A DNA stretch of 64,000 bases from an uncultured Actinomycetota bacterium (GCA_963709665.1 CAVPWU010000011.1:243416-307415); one strand, 5' to 3'. Positions 43,327 to 52,847 are shown, counted from the stretch's first letter. The notes: generated by a model not told the origin, from the sequence alone. Translations and numbers: made by a program.

Positions 43327-44034
43327 TCACGACCGCCCCGGCTCGTCATCGCCCATGTTCAGCGCATTCATGAAGATGGCGGTGAGGTGCTCCACGCCCT
43401 GCTCGAACGTGCAGTCCAACTGTCCCTCGGTCAACCACATCTCCGGGAAGCGACTGGTCATGGACCCCAGCACGGCGGCGGTGATCGTCGGGTCGAGTCG
43501 GCGGTCGACGAGGCCGCGCTGCTGGAGCCGGCCGATGGAGTCGGCCACCCGCTGGCGCTCCCGGGCCCCCCGCTCCGCCCGTGCCTGGCCCAGCATCGGA
43601 TCGTGCCGTGAGACCTGTTCGATCACGCCCATGATCCGGGCCTCCTGGCGGTAGCGCTCGAGGTAGAGGCGGATGGCCTCGCGGATCCGGTCCCGGGGAG
43701 CTGCCGTCGACGACCGGTCGAGGATCACCGCCCCGAGCGGCGCACCCAGCTCCTCGTCGACCCGGAGGGCCACCTCCCGGAAGATCTCCTGCTTGGAGGT
43801 GAAGTACCCGTAGAAGGTCCCCTGGGCCACCTGCGCCCGGGCGGTGATGTCCGAGATCCGGGCGTCGAGCAGCCCGTCCTCCTCGAACACCTCCTTGGCC
43901 GCCGCCAGGATGCGGGCGCGGGTGAGCGCCCCCTTTCTGGTCAGCGGGCGCGGGGCGCTGAACGCCCCGTCTCCGTCCGGGGCCGCCGTGAGCCCGCCTC
44001 CGGCCGCCTCGAGTGGGGGCGTGCCGGCGGTCAT
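43327..44034 (-). CDS. TetR/AcrR-family transcriptional regulator.
   Basis: The HTH is RARILAAAKEVFEEDGLLDARISDITARAQVAQGTFYGYFTSKQEIF. The start is taken at MTAGTPP (44034). Confidence 0.85.
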   Translation of the reverse strand: MTAGTPPLEAAGGGLTAAPDGDGAFSAPRPLTRKGALTRARILAAAKEVFEEDGLLDARISDITARAQVAQGTFYGYFTSKQEIFREVALRVDEELGAPLGAVILDRSSTAAPRDRIREAIRLYLERYRQEARIMGVIEQVSRHDPMLGQARAERGARERQRVADSIGRLQQRGLVDRRLDPTITAAVLGSMTSRFPEMWLTEGQLDCTFEQGVEHLTAIFMNALNMGDDEPGRS

Positions 44035-44110
44035 GGTTCGGTGAGGATGGCCGTCGGGGACGTCTCCGGCCCGGCCCACCGGTGGGTGGGCCGGGGAGAT
44101 CGGAGTCCGC

Positions 44111-45301
44111 TCAGGCCGGCACCTTGAGGGCGGTGGCCAGGTTGCCACCCATGATCCGCTTGACGTCGTCCCCGGGCAGGCTCTCGAGCTCCCGGACGTA
44201 GGAGACGGGGTCGGCCAGGCCCTCGGGGTGCGGGAAGTCCGACCCGAACACCACCTTGTCGGCCCCGATGGCCCGGATCAGGCCGACCGGGTCCTCCTCG
44301 AAGAACGGGTGGATCCAGACGTTCCGCCGCAGGACGGCCACCGGGTCCTCCTCGTAGAGGCGGGGCTGCTTGGAGTAGGAGTGCCCGAGGGCGTCGATGA
44401 GCGGGAGCACCCAACTCGATCCGTTCTCGACGGGGAGGATGCGGAGGTCGGGGAAGCGCGAGAGCATGCCGTGGGCCACCGCCGAGCACATGGCGTCGAA
44501 GATCCCCCGGGACATGTAGTGCTGCACATCCTGGAACGCCGTGGCGTTGGCGAACGGGAGGTGCTCGCTGAAGTGCCCCTCCCACTGGTTGAAGTACCGG
44601 GTCAGGCCATCGTCGGAGGCGTGCATGCCGACGGTGATGTCGTACTCCTGGACCTTGGCCCAGAACGGGTCGAACTCCGGCAGCGCGAAGGAGCGGAACC
44701 CCCTCAGGCTCGGGACCGGTGCCGGCCGGATCAGGATGATCTTGGCACCCCGCTCGACGATCCAGTCGAGCTCACGGATGGCTTCGTCCACGATCGGCAG
44801 CGTGATGACCGGGGCGGCGAAGATGCGGTTCTCGTAGTTGAAGGTCCACTCCTCGAACATCCACTCGTTGAAGGCGTGCACCACGGCGTGGGTGGCCTCG
44901 GGGTCCCTGACCAGCCGCTCCTCGAGCACGCTGGCCAGGGTGGGCCACATGATGGCCCGGTCGACGCCCTGCTCGTCCATGAGCTTGAGGCGGGGCTCGG
45001 GCCGGAAGAACGCCTCCGGCGAGCGGATCGGCTTGCCCAGGATCTCCCGTCGGGACTTCCCCTCGGGGTTGCCGTTCTTGAAGTAGTCCTCCTGGGCCCC
45101 GGGTGCGGCCACCACGTTGAACGTGGGGTTGGGGATGTACTCGGAGATGGTGCCGTTGAGCACCAACTTCTGCCGGCCGTCGATGGTCATCAACTTCACC
45201 ACCTGCTGGTACTCCGCCGGCAGGTAGCGGGTGAAGGCATCCGCCTGCTCGTACATGTGGTTGTCGGCGTCGAACACCGGGTAGTCGAGCCTGCTGGTCA
45301 T
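44111..45301 (-). CDS. Amidohydrolase-2 family metal-dependent hydrolase.
   Basis: MTSRLDYPVFDADNHMYE...IMWPT...VFGSDFPHPEG is the amidohydrolase_2 / ACMSD-like pattern. GGAGGAAG is the RBS. Confidence 0.9.
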   Translation of the reverse strand: MTSRLDYPVFDADNHMYEQADAFTRYLPAEYQQVVKLMTIDGRQKLVLNGTISEYIPNPTFNVVAAPGAQEDYFKNGNPEGKSRREILGKPIRSPEAFFRPEPRLKLMDEQGVDRAIMWPTLASVLEERLVRDPEATHAVVHAFNEWMFEEWTFNYENRIFAAPVITLPIVDEAIRELDWIVERGAKIILIRPAPVPSLRGFRSFALPEFDPFWAKVQEYDITVGMHASDDGLTRYFNQWEGHFSEHLPFANATAFQDVQHYMSRGIFDAMCSAVAHGMLSRFPDLRILPVENGSSWVLPLIDALGHSYSKQPRLYEEDPVAVLRRNVWIHPFFEEDPVGLIRAIGADKVVFGSDFPHPEGLADPVSYVRELESLPGDDVKRIMGGNLATALKVPA

Positions 45302-45311
45302 GGCTTCCTCC

Positions 45312-45350
45312 GTGGTGGTGGTGGTGGTGGTCGTGGTGGTCGTGGTGGTC
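45312..45350. repeat. Trinucleotide microsatellite immediately upstream of the amidohydrolase RBS.
   Basis: The tract is (GTG)6 GTC (GTG)2 GTC (GTG)2 GTC on the plus strand, which reads as a CAC/GAC tract on the gene strand. Confidence 0.8.
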
Positions 45351-45624
45351 GGCGAGCGACGGACGCCGCACCGTGGGTCGGGGTCAGATTATACGAAACC
45401 GACGTCGGAATCAATTTTTTGCCCGCCACCACCCGGATCCCCTCCCACCTGGGAAGTCACCGTCCGGATCCGCCCCGTCTTCAGCCCCCGTCACCTTCTA
45501 TGCTCCCCGGAGGTAGACAACGGGGGGTCCGGGCGTCGGCCGTCAGCTCCGCAGCCGCCCCCGTCGGAGGGTGGCGGCCTGTCGTTGCGGTTCCAGGTCA
45601 ATCAACGAGCGGCAAGGGGGAACG

Positions 45625-46947
45625 ATGCAGCTGAAGCGAACGACGCACACCGGGGTGGTGGCCACGGCGCTGATCCTGGCCCTCGGCCTCACGGCGGCCG
45701 CCTGCAGCTCGAATTCGGCGTCACCGACGACGACGACGACGGCGCCGCCGTCGAAGCCGTCGTCCTCACCGACCGGTTCTCCCCTCACCATCGCCTACAT
45801 CACCTCGGTCACCGGTGAGGGCGGTGCCGAGGACGGCACGTCGCCGGCCGGATTCGAGGCCCGCATCGACCAGCAGAACGCCGAGGGCGGGGTCAACGGC
45901 CACAAGCTGGTGCCGCTGGTCATCGACGACCAGACCAGCCCCACCGAGATCAACACCGCCGTCCAGAGCGCCATCTCCCAGGGCTCCATCGGCATCGTCT
46001 CGCAGAGCCCGCTGTTCTTCCTGGCCGCCAAGTACCCCCAGCAGGCCGGCGTGCCGGTCACCGGCTCCTACAGCGACGGGCCCGAGTGGGGCACCCAGCC
46101 CTACACCAACATGTTCGCCTCCGACAACGGCAGCGTGGACCCGAAGTACCCGGTGAACACCCAGATCGGCGACTTCCTGAAGGCCCACGGCGGCACCATC
46201 CTCGGCTCCTACGGCTACAGCATCTCGCCCTCGTCCAGCCGGGCCGCCCTCGGCACCGCGGAGTCCTTCAAGCACGCCGGGGGCACCGTCGGGGTGCTCG
46301 ACACCACCCTCCCGTTCGGCAGCGTGGACTTCACCAATCCGGCCCTCATCGCCAAGCAGAAGAACATCGACGCCATGGTCCCCGCCCTCGACAACAACTC
46401 GAACTACGCGCTGGCCACCGCCCTCAAGCAGGCGGGGATCAAGCTGAAGGCCGTGCTGTTCCCCACCGGCTACGAGCCGGGCGTGATCCACTCGCCGGCC
46501 TGGGCCACCCTCCAGGGTGACTACTTCATGTCCCTCTTCCGCCCCTGGTCGCTCCCGAACGCCGGGACCGAGCAGATGCAGGCGGCCATGGAGAAGTACG
46601 CCCACTTCACCAGTACCCAGTTCCCCTCCTTCAGCCAGTACGAGGCGTGGGCGGGCGCCGACCTGATGATCCAGGGCCTCGAGAAGGCGGGCGCCTCACC
46701 GACCCGGGCGTCGACGATCACCGCCCTCCGGGGGATCACGTCGTACAACGCCGACGGCCTGCTGCCCAACACGTTCGACTACAGCCACCAACTTCGGCCA
46801 CAACCCGGCCAAGACGTGCGCCTGGGTGGTGAAGGCCGGGACCGACGGGTTCACGCCGATCTCCTCCCAGCCGGTCTGCGGCACCGACCTGCCGGGCACC
46901 ACCACCGTCAGCTCGTCCTCCTAGACCGCCGGGGAGGCCGGGCCTAG
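45625..46947 (+). CDS. ABC-transporter periplasmic solute-binding lipoprotein (branched-chain amino acid / LivK-like type). The C-terminus is probably frameshifted, with the true end likely at 46924.
   Basis: The lipobox signal is MQLKRTTHTGVVATALILALGLTAAAC. From about 46793 the +1 frame encodes FGHNPAKTCAWVVKAGTDGFTPISSQPVCGTDLPGTTTVSSSS*, with essentially all third positions G/C. The annotated frame there is Arg/Gly/Pro-rich junk. Confidence 0.8.
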   Translation: MQLKRTTHTGVVATALILALGLTAAACSSNSASPTTTTTAPPSKPSSSPTGSPLTIAYITSVTGEGGAEDGTSPAGFEARIDQQNAEGGVNGHKLVPLVIDDQTSPTEINTAVQSAISQGSIGIVSQSPLFFLAAKYPQQAGVPVTGSYSDGPEWGTQPYTNMFASDNGSVDPKYPVNTQIGDFLKAHGGTILGSYGYSISPSSSRAALGTAESFKHAGGTVGVLDTTLPFGSVDFTNPALIAKQKNIDAMVPALDNNSNYALATALKQAGIKLKAVLFPTGYEPGVIHSPAWATLQGDYFMSLFRPWSLPNAGTEQMQAAMEKYAHFTSTQFPSFSQYEAWAGADLMIQGLEKAGASPTRASTITALRGITSYNADGLLPNTFDYSHQLRPQPGQDVRLGGEGRDRRVHADLLPAGLRHRPAGHHHRQLVLLDRRGGRA

Positions 46948-49301
46948 GACGACGTCGCCGGCCGGGTGAGGTCGTAGATGGTCACACCGTCGACGGTGGT
47001 GGCCGTGAAGTGCGTCCGCACCCAGGCGCTGATCAGCTGGGCGTCGTCGGCGCTCGAGCCGGAGCCGCCGCCCCCGAGCCCGAACAGGGACGCGAAGGCG
47101 CTGCCCCCGATGTAGTAGTGGATCTCGCCCTTTCGGACGAACTCCTGGAACTCGGCCAGCGTCGGGGCCGGGTCGGTGCCGTTGAACCCACCGATGGCCA
47201 TCACCGGGTCACCGGTGGCCAGCTGGTAGCCGGACGCCGAGTCGGAGCCGCTGGTGGCGGCCACCCACCGGTACCGTCCGGCATCGGCACGCAACGCCCC
47301 GGTCAGGGCGGCGCCCGGGGTGCTGCCGTTGAGCAGGCCGCCGGCGCCGCCGGCCCCTCCCCGGCCGCCGAAGGCCCCCACCCCGCCACCCCCACCGCCG
47401 GTCCCACCGAAGCCACCGGGCCGGCCACCGGGGGCCGCACCCGGTGCACCTCCGGGGACGACTCCGGGTGCACCGCCGAATCCGCCACCCGCTCCCGGCC
47501 GGAACCGGCCGAATCCCCCGCCCCGGGCCGCCCCGGCCCCGGCGCCACCGGGGGCGCCGAAGCCCCCGAACCGGCGCCCCGGGCCGCCGAAGCCGAACGC
47601 CCCTCCGGCCACCGCCGGACCGGCGCTGGGGATCGCCCCGGACTCCGGGGTGGAGGCGGTCTCGACGGCGTAGGCGGCCGGTCCGGCCAGGGTGGCCACC
47701 AGCCCCACCACCACGGCGATGGCCACCCAGCGACGGAGCCACCTCGGCGGCAGCAGCAGGGCCACCCCTCCGACGACGCCGGCCACCACGATGAGCGTCC
47801 GGAGCCAGGGGTGCCACTCCGGGCTGCGGTCCAGCAGGAACCATCCCCACACCACGGTGGCGGCCAGGGCGGCCACCAGCACCAGGCGGGCGACGAGCGA
47901 GGCGCGCCGCGACCACATCATCACCGAGCCCATCCCGATGAGGGCGCCGATGGCCGGGGCCAGGGCCACCGTGTAGTACGGGTGGATGATCCCCTGGGCG
48001 AAGCTGAACACCACGGCGGTGGTCAGCAGGGATCCGCCCCACAGCAGGAAGGCGGCCCGGGTCCGGTCGGTCCGCGGGGTCCGGGCCGTGTAGACGAGGG
48101 CCGCCACCAGGAAGATGAGCGCCGCCGGCAGCAGCCAGGAGATCTGGCCCCCCATCGACGACTGGAAGAGACGGTTCCAGCCGGTCGGGCCCCACAGGGA
48201 GCCGCCACCCGCCCCCACCCCACCGACGCCGAACCGCCCGCCGGCCACCACGCTGCCCGTCTCGTTCCCGGACAGGCGGCCGAACCCGTTGTAGCCGAAC
48301 ACCAGGTTGAGGATGGAGTTGTCCTGCGAGCCACCGACGTAGGGACGGTCGGCGGCGGGGGTCAGCTGGACCACCGCCACCCACCAGCCCGAGGCCACCA
48401 CCAGGGCCACGGCGGCCAGGGTGAGCTGCCAGACCCGGCGCCAGAAGCGGGGCGGGGCGGCCAGGAGGTACACCAGGCCGAAGGCGGGGACCACCAGGTA
48501 GGCCTGCAGCATCTTGGTCAGGAACCCGGTGCCCACGAAGACGGCCATCAGGACGATCCACCGGGTCCGTCCCGACTCCAGCCCTCGCACGGTGCAGTAG
48601 GCGGCCAGGGTGAGGAGCAGCACCAGCAGGGCGTCGGGGTTGTTGAAGCGGAACATCAGCACGGCCACCGGGGTCAGGGCCAGCACCCCGCCGGCCAGCA
48701 GGCCTGCCGCCGGCGAGAACCACCGCCGGACCGTCAGGTAGAGGACCCCCACCGAGGCCACCCCCTCGAGGGCCTGGGGGACCAGGATGCTCCAGGCGTT
48801 GACCCCGAAGATCCGGGCGGACACCTCCATCACCCACAACGACACCGGCGGCTTGTCCACGGTGATGAAGTTGGAGGCGTCGGACGAGCCGAAGAAGGCG
48901 GCCCGGAGGCTCTTGGTGCCCGCCTGGACCGCCGCCGAGTAGAAGGAGTTGGCCCAGCCGGAGGCGCCGAGCCCCCAGAGGTAGAGGACGGCGGTGCCGG
49001 CCAGGAGGGCGAGCAGGGACGGCCGGACCCAGGCGGGATCCGTCGGTCTGCCCCGGACCAGCCGGTGGGCGCGGCCGGTCCACCCGGACCGGGCGGGCGG
49101 CTCGTCGATCGGGGGCGTGCCGTCACCGTCGTGCCCGGTGGCCCCGGCTCCGTCCGCCCAGCCGTCGGGCCCTCCCGGCCCGGACGGGTGGTCGTCCGGC
49201 GGGCCGGCGGGCGGCCCCGGCTCCGGACCCGGGTGGGGCGGTGGCGGCGCCGGTGCCACGACGTCGCCGGGGGTCGACGGGGCGGTCAGCTCCGAGGTCA
49301 C
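46944..49301 (-). CDS. Glycosyltransferase family 39 (ArnT/PMT-like) membrane protein with a Gly-rich linker and a C-terminal domain.
   Basis: The sequence has ...GWANSFYSAAVQAGTKS...FFGSSDASNFITVDKPPVSLWVM... and many TM segments. GTG 49301 overlaps the GT2 stop (GTGA). Confidence 0.85.
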   Translation of the reverse strand: MTSELTAPSTPGDVVAPAPPPPHPGPEPGPPAGPPDDHPSGPGGPDGWADGAGATGHDGDGTPPIDEPPARSGWTGRAHRLVRGRPTDPAWVRPSLLALLAGTAVLYLWGLGASGWANSFYSAAVQAGTKSLRAAFFGSSDASNFITVDKPPVSLWVMEVSARIFGVNAWSILVPQALEGVASVGVLYLTVRRWFSPAAGLLAGGVLALTPVAVLMFRFNNPDALLVLLLTLAAYCTVRGLESGRTRWIVLMAVFVGTGFLTKMLQAYLVVPAFGLVYLLAAPPRFWRRVWQLTLAAVALVVASGWWVAVVQLTPAADRPYVGGSQDNSILNLVFGYNGFGRLSGNETGSVVAGGRFGVGGVGAGGGSLWGPTGWNRLFQSSMGGQISWLLPAALIFLVAALVYTARTPRTDRTRAAFLLWGGSLLTTAVVFSFAQGIIHPYYTVALAPAIGALIGMGSVMMWSRRASLVARLVLVAALAATVVWGWFLLDRSPEWHPWLRTLIVVAGVVGGVALLLPPRWLRRWVAIAVVVGLVATLAGPAAYAVETASTPESGAIPSAGPAVAGGAFGFGGPGRRFGGFGAPGGAGAGAARGGGFGRFRPGAGGGFGGAPGVVPGGAPGAAPGGRPGGFGGTGGGGGGVGAFGGRGGAGGAGGLLNGSTPGAALTGALRADAGRYRWVAATSGSDSASGYQLATGDPVMAIGGFNGTDPAPTLAEFQEFVRKGEIHYYIGGSAFASLFGLGGGGSGSSADDAQLISAWVRTHFTATTVDGVTIYDLTRPATSS

Positions 49302-50242
49302 TCCGGCACCCCGACGGCGGTCGGCGGCGACGCCGACCCGGAGGGGTCCCGCCCCGGCACCGGCGCACCCGGGGTCGGGGCGGGCTCCGGGGCGGTGGGC
49401 GTGGCGGCGACATCCCAGCGGGGCACCGGATGGCGGGCCAGCCTGGCGATCCCCTCGAGGTCCCGCACGGTCGTCCTCCACAGGTGCACCCGGGAGTCGG
49501 TGTTCTCGACCCACGTCACCGGCACCTCCCCGATCCGGAACCCACGGCGCCGGGCGGCCACCAGCAGCTCGGTGTCGAAGAACCACCCGTCGTCGGCGAC
49601 GAGGGGCAGCAGGTGCTCGACGGCCTCGCGGCGGGCCGCCTTGAACCCGCACTGGGCGTCGGACACCGTCAGGCCGAGCGTCAGGTGGACGAGCCGGTTG
49701 TAGCCGCGCGAGAGCGCCTCGCGGCGCAGGCTCCGCACCACGGTCGACCCCCGGGCCAGCCGGGTGCCGACCATCAGGTCGCGGCTGCCGTCGAGGAGCG
49801 GGGTGACCAGCGGGCCGAAGGCGTCGAGTCCGGTGGACAGGTCGATGTCCATGTAGGCGACCACCGGCGAGCGGCTGGCCGACCAGGCGGTCCGGAGGGC
49901 GCGGCCCCGGCCCTTCTCCTCGATCCGCACCATGTCGACACCGTCGATCTCGTCGACCAGGCGGCGGCCGATGACGGGGGTGGCGTCGGTGCTGCCGTTG
50001 TCGACGATGGTCACCAGGGCCCGACGGCCGAACGCCCCGTCGAGGTACGACCGGAGTCCCCGCACCCCGGACTCGAGACGGCGCTCCTCGTCGAAGACCG
50101 GCAGCACCACCTCGAGGGCGGGCGGCGTCGGACCCGGTGAGGCCCCCGAGGGGCCCGCCGCCGACCCGTCGGGGGCGGGGCGTGACGGGGCTCCGTCGGC
50201 GGCCCGCACCCCGGAGGCGTCGCCGTGGTCACGCGAGGACAT
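49298..50242 (-). CDS. GT2-family polyprenyl-phosphate glycosyltransferase.
   Basis: The sequence has VVLPVFDEE..., IVDNGSTDAT and YMDIDLST (DxD). It is paired with GT39. The start is taken at MSSRDHG (50242). Confidence 0.85.
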   Translation of the reverse strand: MSSRDHGDASGVRAADGAPSRPAPDGSAAGPSGASPGPTPPALEVVLPVFDEERRLESGVRGLRSYLDGAFGRRALVTIVDNGSTDATPVIGRRLVDEIDGVDMVRIEEKGRGRALRTAWSASRSPVVAYMDIDLSTGLDAFGPLVTPLLDGSRDLMVGTRLARGSTVVRSLRREALSRGYNRLVHLTLGLTVSDAQCGFKAARREAVEHLLPLVADDGWFFDTELLVAARRRGFRIGEVPVTWVENTDSRVHLWRTTVRDLEGIARLARHPVPRWDVAATPTAPEPAPTPGAPVPGRDPSGSASPPTAVGVPE

Positions 50243-50454
50243 GCACGAACCATGGCACGACTCGCTGTGAATGGGCCCGCAGGTACCTAAGAATCCGCTG
50301 TGAACCGCCGGTGCCCCCGAGGCCGTGGGACCGACCGGCGGCGGCTCGCGCGACTGAAACCGGCCCCGCCGGGTAAGTTCTTTCCCGCGGACGGGGCGGT
50401 TCCGCCCGGGTCGGCCTGTTCCGGGGCCCGGAGGCGGAGGAGGAGAGTGAGCAG

Positions 50455-51729
50455 ATGGCCGGGTTGCTTGAACAGACAGGTGCACTCGGTACCGCCGCCT
50501 CCTACGCCGGGGTGCGCTCCCTGACCGAACGCCTGGCGGCCCCGCTGTCGGCCGAGGACCAGACGGTCCAGTCGATGCCGGACGCCAGCCCCACCAAGTG
50601 GCACCGTGCCCACACGTCGTGGTTTTTCGAGACGTTCGTGCTGCGCGCCCTCGACGACGGCTACGAGCCGTTCCACCCCGCCTACGAGTACCTGTTCAAC
50701 TCGTACTACGAGGGCGTGGGCGCCTTCCACCCCCGCGAGGCCCGGGGCCTGCTGTCCCGACCGGGCATCGACGAGATCGCCGCCTACCGGGCCCACGTCG
50801 ACCGGGAGATGGGCCGGGTGCTCGACCGCCCCCGGCCGCCCGAGGTGGCCGCCCTCGTCGAGCTGGGCCTCCACCACGAGCAGCAGCACCAGGAGCTGCT
50901 GCTGATGGACATCAAGCACACCCTGTCCCGCAACCCGCTCCACCGCTCCTATCTCGACCTCGAGGGCCCGACCGGTGACGGGGGCCACCTGCCGTCGCTG
51001 CAGTGGACCGAGCACGCCGGGGGGCCCATCGAGATCGGGGCCGGCGGGGACGGCTTCGCCTACGACAACGAGCGGCCCCGCCACGTCGAGTACCTCCGTC
51101 CCTTCGCCGTGGCCGACCGCCCGGTGACCAGCGCCGAGTGGATCGCCTTCATCGACGACGGCGGCTACCGCCGCCCCGAGCTCTGGCTGTCCGACGGGTG
51201 GTCGACCATCCGGAAGGACGGGTGGGACGCCCCCCTCTACTGGACCCGCCTCGACGACCGTTGGCACCTCTTCACCCTGGGGGGGTTCCGCCCCGTCCAC
51301 CCGGACGAGCCGGTTTGCCACATCAGCTACTACGAGGCCGACGCCTACGCCCGGTGGGCGGGCGCCCGCCTCCCCTCGGAGGCCGAGTGGGAGGTGGTGG
51401 CCGACCCGGCCGGCGACGGTGGCAACTTCCTCGACCTCGACCGCCTCCACCCCGCCCCGGTCCCCGCCACCGGAGCCGGTGCGGGGCGCACCGCCCCCTG
51501 CGGCGACGTCTGGCAGTGGACCTCCTCGGCCTACAGCGCCTACCCCGGCTTCGAGCCGGCCGCCGGGGCGGTCGGCGAGTACAACGGCAAGTTCATGGTC
51601 AGCCAGTACGTCCTGCGGGGCGGCTCCTGCGTCACCCCCACCGGCCATGTCCGCACCACCTACCGCAACTTCTTCCCGCCCTCGGCGCGTTGGGCGTTCA
51701 GCGGACTGCGCCTGGCCCGGGACTGCTGA
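50455..51729 (+). CDS. egtB: Ergothioneine biosynthesis sulfoxide synthase EgtB (DinB_2 plus FGE-sulfatase domains).
   Basis: The sequence has SPTKWHRAHTSWFFETF..., ELGLHHEQQHQELLLMDIKH and a C-terminal ...VLRGGSCVTP...YRNFF. Confidence 0.9.
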   Translation: MAGLLEQTGALGTAASYAGVRSLTERLAAPLSAEDQTVQSMPDASPTKWHRAHTSWFFETFVLRALDDGYEPFHPAYEYLFNSYYEGVGAFHPREARGLLSRPGIDEIAAYRAHVDREMGRVLDRPRPPEVAALVELGLHHEQQHQELLLMDIKHTLSRNPLHRSYLDLEGPTGDGGHLPSLQWTEHAGGPIEIGAGGDGFAYDNERPRHVEYLRPFAVADRPVTSAEWIAFIDDGGYRRPELWLSDGWSTIRKDGWDAPLYWTRLDDRWHLFTLGGFRPVHPDEPVCHISYYEADAYARWAGARLPSEAEWEVVADPAGDGGNFLDLDRLHPAPVPATGAGAGRTAPCGDVWQWTSSAYSAYPGFEPAAGAVGEYNGKFMVSQYVLRGGSCVTPTGHVRTTYRNFFPPSARWAFSGLRLARDC

Positions 51730-51753
51730 GTCCCCCGAACCCCGGAGAGAGCC

Positions 51754-52749
51754 GTGCCCTCACCATCCGACCGTGCCGTGCCGCCCACCCTCGCCGTCCA
51801 CCTGACACCCGACGACCTCCGGGGAGCCATGGAACGCGACGTCCGGGCCGGGCTCACCGCCGTCCCGAAGCAGATCCCCCCGGTCTACTTCTACGACGAC
51901 CGCGGGTCCCGTCTGTTCGACGAGATCACCCGCCTGCCGGAGTACTACCCGACCCGCTGCGAGCGCTGGATCCTCGAGACGTTCGCCAAGGAGATGGCGC
52001 TGACCTCCGGGGCCGACGTGCTGGTGGAGCTGGGCGCCGGCACCTGCGACAAGTCGCGGGTCCTGCTCGACGCCATGCGGTCCACCGGGCTCCTGTCCCG
52101 GTACGTGCCGCTGGACGTCAGCAGCACCACCATCTGGGAGGCGGCCACCGCCCTGTCCGAGGAGTACCCCGGGGTGGCCGTCGACGCCGTGGTGGCCGAC
52201 TTCCACCGGCACCTGGGCCTGCTGCCCACCGACGGGCGCCGGCTGATCGCCTTCCTGGGCGGCACCATCGGCAACCTCGACCCGGCCCAGCGCCGGCGGT
52301 TCCTGGTCGACCTGGACTGCGTGATGGACGCCGAGGACCGCCTGCTGATCGGCACCGACCTGGTCAAGGACCGGGAGCGCCTGGTCCGCGCCTACGACGA
52401 CGCCGCCGGGGTGACGGCGGCGTTCAACCGAAACGTGCTCGCCGTCCTCAACCGCGACCTCGGCGCCGACTTCGACCTCGACCGGTTCGACCACGTGGCC
52501 AGGTGGAACGAGGACGACCACCGGATCGAGATGTGGCTGCGGTCCACCGCCGACCAGGCCATCCGGATCGGCGACCTCGACCTCGACCTCACCTTCGCCG
52601 ACGGCGAGGAGATGCTGACCGAGATCAGCACCAAGTTCACCCCCGAGGCGCTGGAGGCGGAGCTGGTGGAGTGCGGCTTCGTGGTGGACGCCGCCTGGCG
52701 GTCGGAGGGCGACGAGTTCCAGCTGACCCTCTGCCACCCGTACTGCTGA
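51754..52749 (+). CDS. egtD: L-histidine N(alpha)-methyltransferase EgtD.
   Basis: The sequence has PKQIPPVYFYDDRGSRLFDEITRLPEYYPTRCE...LVELGAGTCDKSRVLL.... Confidence 0.9.
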   Translation: MPSPSDRAVPPTLAVHLTPDDLRGAMERDVRAGLTAVPKQIPPVYFYDDRGSRLFDEITRLPEYYPTRCERWILETFAKEMALTSGADVLVELGAGTCDKSRVLLDAMRSTGLLSRYVPLDVSSTTIWEAATALSEEYPGVAVDAVVADFHRHLGLLPTDGRRLIAFLGGTIGNLDPAQRRRFLVDLDCVMDAEDRLLIGTDLVKDRERLVRAYDDAAGVTAAFNRNVLAVLNRDLGADFDLDRFDHVARWNEDDHRIEMWLRSTADQAIRIGDLDLDLTFADGEEMLTEISTKFTPEALEAELVECGFVVDAAWRSEGDEFQLTLCHPYC

Positions 52750-52847
52750 AGCGGGCGGGGGACGGCCCCGCCGGGGGACGGGTCAGCCGTTCCGGCCGGG
52801 GGGACGGGTCGCACGGCCCGCGGGCGGGGTCGGTCGTCCCGGCCGGC

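Noticed and set aside
44772-45371. His/Asp-rich ORF (..HHDHHDHHHHHH..) generated by the trinucleotide repeat.
   Set aside because: It is out of frame with, and overlaps, the well-supported amidohydrolase gene. The His tract is simply the CAC/GAC microsatellite read in one frame.
47250-47650. Repetitive GGN-rich DNA considered as a CRISPR array or tandem repeat.
   Set aside because: There is no regular repeat/spacer periodicity. The stretch lies inside a continuous ORF and encodes a Gly-rich linker.
52750-52847. Direct repeat GGGGGACGGGTC (two copies) and GC stems between the convergent egtD and reductase genes.
   Set aside because: It is most simply a pair of GC-rich terminator-like stems between convergent genes. 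Nothing further could be supported by eye.
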